From contig NC_092671.1 in NCBI RefSeq assembly GCF_964355755.1, forward strand, positions 11,904,001-11,968,000: a stretch of 64,000 nucleotides of DNA, in the 5' to 3' direction. The translations under genes and the position numbers were made by a program. How positions within the stretch are numbered: the first letter of the stretch is position 1; every line of letters starts with the position of its first letter. This stretch comes from Antedon mediterranea (Eukaryota; Animalia; Echinodermata). The notes below the pieces were generated by a model. That model was not told where the DNA came from, did no database searches, and saw nothing but the letters and a program-made list of their open reading frames with translations. Shown here piece after piece: positions 13,236-22,823 of the stretch.

Positions 13236-13291
13236 ATATTATGAAGATATGAAATAAAAAATATACACCACATTCATATAAACGACATAAC

Positions 13292-13590
13292 AGCCTACAC
13301 TACACCTACAGACCAGTATTTGAACTTCAAATCAAATCATCCTCTTGAGCATACGCTGAGTGTCGTTAATACATTAGTGGACAGATGCCAAACATCGTAA
13401 CAACACAGCAGAGCAAAATAGAAGAGATGAATCACATAAGAAAGGTACCTAATATTTGTGAAGATCACATTAGTACACCCAAAAGATAAGATTAAGTCGG
13501 AAGACACAAGTGGAGTAGTGTATGGTGTCCCCTGTATGAATTGTAACCAAATATACGTACATAGGATAAACCGGTAGAAAACTGGGAACA
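13292..13590 (+). mobile_element. Penelope-like element fragment (RT C-terminus and GIY-YIG)
   Basis: TDQYLNFKSNHPLEH..SVVNTLVDRC and LVHPKDK...SGVVYGVPCMNCNQIY(IG*TGR). Confidence 0.8.
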
Positions 13591-13859
13591 GCTCCTCCAA
13601 CGTTCGATCGCCCACAAGGGCTGGTACAATTAGATTTAATGACAGAATAGTGGAGCTAAATTGCGATCTTGAAAGACTTTTCAGCGACAAGCAAAATACC
13701 CTGTTTTGGAAACATAGAGGTCTATGGAAAGATTTCTCGCACTTTCTACATGCAGACGGAATTCACATGAGCCATTACAGCACACCTGGTCTCCCTACGG
13801 GCATGTGTAAATATATGAGGAGCATACGAGGAGCAATACTACAAGCAGAAAAGAACTAA
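13590..13859 (+). pseudogene. SGNH/GDSL hydrolase-like fragment (Ngaro accessory ORF)
   Basis: RFNDRIVELN...FWKHRGL...FLHADGIHM contains the SGNH block V DxxH motif. Confidence 0.6.
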
Positions 13860-14009
13860 AAAGGCCAGTATGTCACACACATGTTAATTAACATGTGATT
13901 CAAATTATCTTTATAAAATGACGTTGTTCATCTCTAATTTGTTCATAATAACAAACTAAACAAGGATTGACAACAATTTCTGTGTATTATCATCTTCGAA
14001 GATAGTTTA

Positions 14010-14224
14010 ATCATGTAACTCATGGTGTTATTGGTCCAATGTTTGATATTGTTTATTCACGGCATTCTATACCGTGTTTGATTATGTAACTCATGGTGGT
14101 TCTATACTACCATGTTTGATATTGTTTACTCACGGCATTCTATGCCGTGTTTAATTATGTAACTCATGGTGTGTCTATACTACCATGTTTGATATTGTTT
14201 AACTCACGGCATTCTATACCGTGT
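14010..14224. repeat. 3 x about 73-bp tandem repeat of paired hairpins
   Basis: Units start at 14010, 14081 and 14154; hairpins CATGGTGG..CTACCATG and CACGGCA-TTCTA-TGCCGTG. Confidence 0.85.
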
Positions 14225-14293
14225 AACTCACCCAAGCGGGTTAATGAGAAAACTTACCAACCAAAGTATTTCATGTGTTTTTCTTTAGGGGCA

Positions 14294-16582
14294 ATGCCAA
14301 AAGCAAAGTCAAAATGCCGCTCATAAAGTGCGCCAGTGGCATCAGAGAAACAGATAACAACAAAGAGGCACCGTACAACAAGAGCTGCGGTGACCACACA
14401 GATAGAGCTGACTTACGAAATTGACTATGCCAAACTGGCAACCGAAATGGCGAAACACATGGGAGACGCACATCACAACTCCACCAACAGTTCGAAATGT
14501 CACGGACCCGATGACAAAATCTCTGGACATCGTACAAGACGAACAGGCAGATGTGTTTGTACCTATAATGGATTCTATTGCACTTGGGTCAGGGCTTTCC
14601 TCTGCCATAAAGACAAAAATTTGGAATGACCAATACATGGAACTTAAGTCGCTTTTAATGTGTGTCCATTGGAGATAACCTACTTAAGATAGATCAAGGG
14701 CAAAAGAATGTAACATTGAGTATCCTGGAGTGGCACCGGACCTTTTTAGTTTACATGGCAGTCTACACGGAAAAATTCCCGGAGGAGGGTCGTAACCTAA
14801 TAAAATACGCCAGTAATATTTTAGAGCTGCACGCAAGCTGTACAAATGGGGCCTCATGGCGTGTATACGACGAGAAATTCAGGCGAGCTCGTCAGGGACA
14901 TACCCTGCGCTTGGAGGCTCTCCATACAGAACTGATGCTGAAGTTGGTGACATGCCAAACGACACCTACGAGTTATACTCCAAAGCCTGTGAGCAACCAG
15001 CCCTTTCGATCACGCGTCCCGAGTTGGGGGTACCACTCGGGAGGGCCATGTGCAAGCCAGCCGTGCGCGTATAAACACACCTGTCCACGTTGTGAACTCT
15101 CACATCCACATTTTCCCAAAACAACGTTTCAGACCGGGAGGGCAGTTTCGCCAAAACGACGGGAAGGGAATCCCTTTCGAAAACCCAGCAGTTAGGCAGG
15201 CAAAACCCAGTACTGCCAACACCGGTAAAAGCTAATCAGTTAGCTCACTATCTTTCAGGCTACATACCACACCGTGCTAACATTATTATTTCAGGTTTCA
15301 CACAAGGCTTTAAATTGGAGTGCATAATCCACCCTCACCAAACATTGCACCCTAGCCCACCCAGTCCAAGTTGAAAACTTTATTTTCAAAGGCCGGTTAG
15401 CAGGTGCATTCACTTCACCGCCGTTCAGTAATTTTGTGGGGTCACCCTTAGGCGTGATTCCCAAGAGTGAGGTCGGAAAATTCAAAATCTGTCTTATCCA
15501 GTAAATTTTGGCATTCCTACAGAAGCCTCAGTCGTCACTTACGATTCGATCGACTGCGTGCTGAAGCTTATCTTAAAATATGGTAGGCATTGCCTGATGG
15601 CCAAAACAGACATAGAAGACGCGTTCAGAATAATACCGATTATTATCTCTTGGGTTTTACATAGGATAACCTTTATTACTACGAGGAATGCCTGCCAATG
15701 GGGTCCAGTAGATCTTGTCAGGTATTCGAAATGTTTAGCTGTGCGTTAATATGGATTATGAAAACCAAATTTAACATAATTGATTCGTCTCATATTTTGG
15801 ACGATTTTTTCTTTATAGGTTCCACTGGCACAACGGATTGTCGCGAAGCAATAACCAGGTTTCTGTTTCTTTGCAGTATAGGGGTTCCAATAAAAGAATC
15901 GAAAACAGTGACACCAACGACAAAGCTAACAATCTACGGCATAGAGGTGGACAAAGTCTTAGTTACCTTCTTAAATAAGAAAAAGGCTACGCTCCGGGAG
16001 CTACAATCATTAATAGGGCTGTTGAACTACGCGTGCGCAGTAGTACCTGGACGCACATTCTTGCGTAGGCTAATAAATTTACTATCCAAAGCAAACCGTC
16101 CCAATCATTTCGTTAGATTGGGAAGCGAAGTAAAAAAAGACATACAAATGTGGCGGAGTTTCCTACAACAGTTCAATGGGAAAGCCCTAATTTTACCCGA
16201 GCAGTGGACTGATTCGGAAACTTTAAGAATGTTTACGGACGCGTCAATCGGATGTGCGGAGATACTCGGCGCCGAATGTTTTGCATTGGAATGGCCCGAG
16301 ACATTCGTTGGCCACTCAATTGCAGTGCTCGAGCTGTTCCCTATCATACTCGCCCTAGGTGCCGAAACTAGCAGACAAGAACATTTTATTTCTTCGGACA
16401 ACCAAGCGGTTTGCACGGTAATTAATAAGAAAACCGCTAAGGATCCGATCCTCCTAATACTATTGCGCCGGATGGTCCTTCGCTGCCTGAACTACAATAT
16501 TATGTTGAAGGCGCAACGCATACCTGGGTCTTCTATCAAGATTGCAGGTGGAAAAAGGCAAAGTCCTTATACCCATTCCTAG
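14294..16582 (+). mobile_element. Degenerate DIRS/Ngaro tyrosine-recombinase retrotransposon (gag, RT, RNase H)
   Basis: Gag WRVYDEKFR and Cys/His finger CASQPCAYKHTCPRC; RT AKTDIEDAFRIIP, LPMG, HILDDFF; RNase H FTDAS, LELFPI, SDNQAV; frameshifted; no YR seen. Confidence 0.88.
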
Positions 16583-16952
16583 CTTCACGCCCCACTGAAG
16601 TCCAGCAAGGGCTGCTTCAGTTGTAACTAAATAGAACTTTTTATCTCAAAATAACAGCGTTTTTCCTCTTTTGCAGTTTCTCCTTCTACAACTCTCAATT
16701 CAAATACAAATATTAAAGTGAGAATTAGGAGGTTCAGCTGGGGCAGCTTCTTAATAATTTTAAACTTTTAACCCAAATCTGGCACGGGATCGTATACTCC
16801 AATCCCTGGTTCTGGGGTTCCTCTTGTTTGTCTGGGCGGTAACCCATCGAGATGGGTTTTTTGGCGCGGTTACCCAGACTTAAGGGGATCAAAACGACAT
16901 GCTGGGGTTATAGGAATATAATATATAGGATTATTACGATTAATTAATTGTA

Positions 16953-18243
16953 CTAGATGGTACGCTCACTTCGCTCGCGTACCATCTAGGTCGTGTCCAC
17001 AGATGGTTCTCGAATACACAGTAATTTCAGCGTAAAAAAACTGGCGATTTCAAAACGTACCGCAGGATTATAAATACATTGTCGTTTTCAGAAACGAATA
17101 AATAGACACGATAATTAATGTAGTCAACTAAAATTAAACTTGTCTTAAAAATGAGTCTAATTTTTTTATTTGAACTCATTTAAACAAACCCAATTTGTAT
17201 TTTGTATAGAGTTGAGGGATGGGGAAGAGGATGGGAAGAGCAATTTTTAAATATATTCTTTATCCACTGAGTAACGAAATATTGTTTTGAATGTTTTATA
17301 GGCCTATCAATAATATACCACTAAACACAGTAAAACATTTACGATTTCATACGTTTTTAAAACTGTCACTGTTATAGTCGATTGAAATAGTAAAGTACAT
17401 GTAACGATACACCACTACGACGTTTATATTTTTTATAATTATTAATTAATACAAACGTTGAGAAGCAACTGTCAGTAATAAAGTTTTTATTTGTATATTA
17501 TGTGTTTATTATATCCAGCAGTAGTATCCTACCCACAGTCACAGTAATAAATGTTCTTTGTATATGTGTTTATATATCTAACAGTAACCACATTCACAGT
17601 AAGAAAATTTCGATTCAAATGGCGACCAAAAATGGTTAATGCGTATTTACAATATTGTCAAAATATTGCAATACTATTATTATCTCAGTTTTAAGTTTAT
17701 TCTCCAGGGCCTATACATTTACCTACTTGTGTTAAACCAAGGGCTCATACATTTACCTACAAACTGGGAGTCTGAGAGATTGGAATGTTCCATTCATCGC
17801 CAAGCAACCCTTTTGTATAAACATATATTAAATCTATCAAAATAGTATTTCTTAAAGAAAATCGGCCTGTCTTCAACATTATGATGCTGTACTGGAGCTG
17901 TTCAACCGGTTTTCAGCTATTAAAAACAGTTGTCGTAGGAAGAGATAGGAAATTGCGAAGCATCCTCGTATTATTGTGTGCGGGTATTTTTCAAGATGGA
18001 CATTCATTATACAGTGTATACAGCGATCGGAAAACACCCTATTTGGGGCAAATCGTTGAACCTAAATTCGTTTTAATTGTCAATAACTAATTACCTAACT
18101 CAAATTAATTAGTAAATAGGTTTACACCAGGTGGTTAAAATCAGTACCGAAAGTACGAACCAACTTTATATACCATCAAGTAAAAATTCTAGAAATAACG
18201 CGCGATTTTCCGAATTTTGCCCTTACGTAAATTTATATATAGA
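16953..18243 (-). mobile_element. Non-autonomous Helitron (about 1.29 kb)
   Basis: Minus strand A|TCTATATATAAA 5' end and CTAG|T 3' end (A/T insertion site); 13-bp terminal stem 16953-16965/16977-16989. Confidence 0.8.
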
Positions 18244-19127
18244 TTACAATAAATGTATGCCATGTTCCGTACTTGTATCAATACTATAATTGTAGACATA
18301 GTAAATCATTCTTGCATAAGTTTTAGCAAAACATTTATCCATTTAATACAGAGGTGTGTGCCTCTGGCCCTTATAGGTTTTAATACGAATGTATGTAGGC
18401 CTACTTTATATGAATTTATGTAGATTTCAAAATACTCTAGTTATATAGTGTAGTACGAATTTTAGGTGATTATAACAGTCTTAGATAAACTTATGCAATT
18501 AGGATATTAACTACGGTATATGATTATATATACTGTGCCTTTAATTGGTGATAATTACGATGTACGGCCGGCCGTGTCTATATTTTATTGTGTAATAGCA
18601 CGGCCGATACGTTTACTTATAGCATAAGTTTATCATCGTCATTTAATTTAATAAATGACATTTCCATCCAATATTTCGTGTACTCGCCAGTCGGGACACA
18701 AAGAGGGAATATCACTAATAAGAGAGGATGGCAAGAAGCAATTATAATTAGAAAAACTGCAAAAACATGAACAGATATCAAGGAGGAAAGTGGCTGCCAC
18801 ACATATACGATGATCTATTAGAAGTGAGACGGCCGACCGGGGCGGACCCCTCTGGGACTACTCACCCAGAGGTTTTCAAGTAACAACATATAGAGGGTGC
18901 GTGTCACAAAAACATCACGTGACTATGCCATGATCAGTGTCGGCAAACCAAGTTGACATCACAACCTTGAGAAAGTGCGATTATAACGCATGAAACGTTG
19001 GGTAAATTTCAACGTAACCTTGTTCCTTCACCATAAACGAAATTATTTTCAAACAATTTAATTTAGATATTAAAGCAACTACAAATTTACAGAATACAAA
19101 CATTTAAATAAATCTTAAAACTGTGTA

Positions 19128-19335
19128 TACTTCTACCTAACCATAAAGAGAGCTATGTTCTTTATAAGAAACTAAGGATGAATTTTTATATAATTTTTTT
19201 TATTTTCTTCTTGTGTTTTTTGCTCTTCTTTTTTTGGCAAAATAAATTAAACCCCCCCCCCCCCCAAAATGATCAGACAAACACTTTAATTGATGTAGTA
19301 GTTAATGCAACAACGATAAAACCCCAGTTCACCTA
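19128..19335 (+). repeat. About 200-bp repeat duplicated at 20409-20575
   Basis: ataagaaactaaggatgaatttttata...gatcagacaaacactttaattga...gataaaacccca found in both. Confidence 0.8.
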
Positions 19336-19337
19336 TG

Positions 19338-20287
19338 TATGGAACGCCTCCTCTGCCTTCAGTTCACATTTGTCATGCAGTACACACCAATCGTCATGCA
19401 GTACACACCAATGGTCATGCAGTACACACCAATCGTCATGCAGTACACACCAAACATCATGCAGTACACACCAATCGTCATGCAGTACACACCAAACATC
19501 ATGCAGTACACACCAATCGTCATGCAGTACACACCAATCGTCATGCAGTACACACCAGTGGTCATGCAGTACACACCAATGGTCATGCAGTACACACCAA
19601 TCGTCATGCAGTACACACCAATCGTCATGCAGTACACACCAATCGTCATGCAGTCAAATATTGCGTAATTTATACCGCCACCTATCGACAAAATCGAATA
19701 TCACGTGACGTTTATTAGACGGCTGTAAAACTAGGCTATTCAAACATTATACTACAGCAACTCACGCTGTCTACTACTACACCGCACGTGCTTTATGACT
19801 AAAATGGCTGGAAAAACTATTAAATAAATCTTGGAATCTATAGGACGTAAAGCACGTGCGGTGTAGTAGTAGACAGCGTGAGTTGCTGTAGTATAAAGTT
19901 TGTATATAGCCTTAGTTTTACAGCCGTCTAATAAAAGTCACGTGATATTCAATTTTGTCGATAGGTGGCGGTATAAATTACGCAATATTGGACTGCATGG
20001 CGATTGGTGTGTACTGCATGACGATTGGTGTGTACTGCATGACGATTGGTGTGTACTGCATGACCATTGGTGTGTACTGCATGACGATTGGTGTGTACTG
20101 CATGACGTTTGGTGTGTACTGCATGATGATTGGTGTGTACTGCATGACGATTGGTGTGTACTGCATGATGTTTGGTGTGTACTGCATGACCATTGGTGTG
20201 TACTGCATGACCATTGGTGTGTACTGCATGACCATTGGTGTGTACTGCATGATAAATGTGAACTGAAGGCAGAGGAGGCGTTCCATA
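19338..20287. mobile_element. 950-bp foldback element with 21-bp minisatellite arms
   Basis: Arms 19338-19795 and 19848-20287 are reverse complements; 13 and 12 copies of ATGCAGTACACACCAATCGTC; flanked by direct CCTATG. Confidence 0.9.
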
Positions 20288-20719
20288 CCTATGATCCAGT
20301 TCCCTATGATTCCGGTTTTTCTGCAGAGCTCTCTACAAATATAACTAATGTTAGGCTTTCTATCAATAGATACTAATGAACTAATGTGCTATCTTAAACT
20401 TGAGGAAATACTTCTACCTAACTATATAAGAAACTAAGGATGAATTTTTATATGATTTTTTTGTTTGTTTTTTGCTCTCTTTTTTTTGCAGAATAAATTA
20501 GACCCAAAAAAGATCAGACAAACACTTTAATTGAAGTAGGAGTTAATGCAACAATGATAAAACCCCATTTTACCTTTTTTATAAATCAAAGGATGCACAG
20601 ACGAAGAATAATTAATGCGAATTAATTGTTTAACACATTTTTTTTTCTGCTGTCGTAACAACCGAAATGGAAAAAAAATTGTTTAAAATTTTACGAGGTC
20701 ATATTTTAACATATTACGG

Positions 20720-21247
20720 ATATCAAGCCGGCGGTCCGAGTTCGAGTCTCGGTTGGGGCGACTTTTTCTCATTCTCACAGATTTCCTCATCTTTATCGTT
20801 TCAAATTAATTAATTAAATTTCAGTATATCACCGGGCGGTTTCGAATTAATGTTCATTGCCTAATGTGTTTATATATATAAAAGTATCTCTTCGGAGATC
20901 CCGCCTCGTGAATAAAAATACTGAAAGATGAGGGCGTATCAATTTGATCTCTGTTGCGCGTGCGTACAACTGAGGACTAGTGCTGTTCCGCCGTACCACG
21001 CCGAGAATGTTAAAGAGTCGCTATGCAATCGAGTTTGAACAATACCATGAAAGCCCCAGTGGTCTAATGGTTAGGACATCTGCATATCAAGCAGGCGGTC
21101 CGAGTTCGAGTCTCGGTTGGGGCGACTATTTCTCATTCTCACAGATTTCCTCATCTTTATCGTTTCAAAGTAATTAATTAAATTTCAGTATATCACCGGG
21201 CGGTTTCGAATTAATGTTCATTGCCTAATGTGTTTATATATATATAT
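20720..21247 (+). mobile_element. (TA)n-bounded repeat with an internal tRNA-like module (1.5 tandem copies)
   Basis: 20720-20880 repeats 21085-21245; units are bounded by TA runs. Confidence 0.75.
21053..21124 (+). tRNA. tRNA-Asp(ATC)-like cloverleaf, probably a repeat-borne pseudo-tRNA
   Basis: GCCCCAG/TTGGGGC acceptor, GTCT/GGAC D stem, TCTGC/GCAGG anticodon stem with ATC, CCGAG-TTCGAGT-CTCGG T arm, G discriminator. Confidence 0.6.
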
Positions 21248-21272
21248 CCAAATTATCAAAATTCCTTCACTT

Positions 21273-21309
21273 GCACTGATGAAGGGCTAGTGTTGCCCAA
21301 AAGCTCTGC
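21273..21309 (+). ncRNA. Minimal type I hammerhead ribozyme motif (Penelope terminal-repeat type), GAAA box reads AAAA
   Basis: GCA-CTGATGA-A-GGGC(TAGTGTT)GCCC-AAAA-GCT-C-TGC; palindromic AGCT stem III. Confidence 0.65.
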
Positions 21310-21434
21310 TAACTTTTCTGGCTGTTTACTTTATCGTTTTTATTTAGCTTTTCGCTTTTTATTTTTGTATCTCCATTGAGATCCAGCCACTGATACCCAC
21401 AGCATTGTCATTTTTTTCAGTAATTTGCCTTTGG

Positions 21435-21437
<3 letters not shown>

Positions 21438-21497
<60 letters not shown>
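21438..21497. repeat. (TA)n microsatellite
   Basis: About 30 TA units. Confidence 0.97.
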
Positions 21498-21500
<3 letters not shown>

Positions 21501-22616
21501 CACATAAAACAGATTATGAAAAATCCTTTACTAGAACCACCACCACCACCACCACCATAATAAACGCTACCACCTAAAAGACAAACAAAACTGTAAATGA
21601 ACTAAATTCAATAACACCTAACAATCAGTTCACAATTATTTAAGTACACATTTACCAGCGAAAAAGAAAGACTATAAGTCACTAGGCCTAATATAATATT
21701 TATAAGTCTCTAATTTTATATATTTTTTGTATAGGCCTATGTGCTTTTGCTTATTTTGAATTCCTTAGCCGAACAAGGCAAAAACGGGCTGTGCGCGCCT
21801 GATGCGGATCACCTGAAAATATCCCTGTGTAGGTGAATCGCCTGTTTCAATGAGGTAGAGTGATTTAAATATGTAACTGATTTGATTTATGCCCGTCTCG
21901 TATTTGCTAAATCTTAAATAAAAAAAGACATTCGCTATATACTGAAAAATGTTGGTGACCTGCATAATCATGTCGTGATTTGAGAATAAGTTTGGTGACA
22001 ATATAGGCATAGATATAATAGGGCCTACTGTACATTTAAAACGGCCAAAAATAATCCACATATTTTTACATCTAATATGGTTCTCCTGATTTTAAAATAA
22101 CTCCATTTTACCTGAGGTCGACTTGGTTTCCGGTTTATCTGCAGAGCTCTCTACAAAAATGGAAACATAAGTATGAATAATGTTAGGCTTTTCATAAATA
22201 ATTAACTATCACTCAGTTACGAATGGTTCATAGCGGTCACCTTTATCTTCATTATTATTTAATATTTTTATAATTGATATAGAGGATTTATTACATTCTG
22301 CTGAAAATTAAAAAAATATAAAAAATTGACAACATAAAATATTAATCACTTATTTTATCAGTGATACGGTGTATGCATTACAGGATAAATAAATTAGACC
22401 GTAGCCAGATAAGTCGGCCCCGCGTCACGTCGGCCACGCGTCAGCTCGGCCTCAAGTCAACTCGCGAATAGATTTCATAGAATTATATGGTTCTCACATT
22501 TTAGTATTATTTTAGACTGTTTAATTATTATAATAACGCATTGAATCGACATTGTTAACATTTTGTTTGACTAATTTTAAGAAACTGTGTATTATATATG
22601 TAAGTTGTAATGTTTT

Positions 22617-22716
22617 ATGCTGGACCTTTTGAAAAACAACAATGTCCCCTTGGCGGGACAACGTTGATATTGTTATCCAGTGGAAATATGTTAATAAATA
22701 AATAAATAAATAAAAT
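22617..22716 (+). mobile_element. LINE 3' tail fragment with (TAAA)n
   Basis: ctgga...tccag stem followed by aataaataaataaa. Confidence 0.4.
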
Positions 22717-22823
22717 ATAACACATCAAATTCATTAGCAAAGGATTCATAAATGTTAACCATCTTTTGTATAAGGCATCTAATGAGGGTAAAAGAAACAC
22801 CATATCATCGGCATAACTATAGG

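Noticed and set aside
18589-18909. Possible second solo LTR (TG...CA)
   Set aside because: No TSD found and the boundaries are ambiguous.
19375-20250. CRISPR-like array
   Set aside because: Contiguous tandem units without unique spacers, no cas genes, eukaryotic context.
19178-20376. Repetitive ORFs (SCSTHQS, HAVHTNR, MQYTPIV, MTIGVYC, HDDWCVL) resembling metal-binding proteins
   Set aside because: Artefact of a 21-bp unit that lacks stops in five frames, mirrored in both arms of a foldback; no gene structure.
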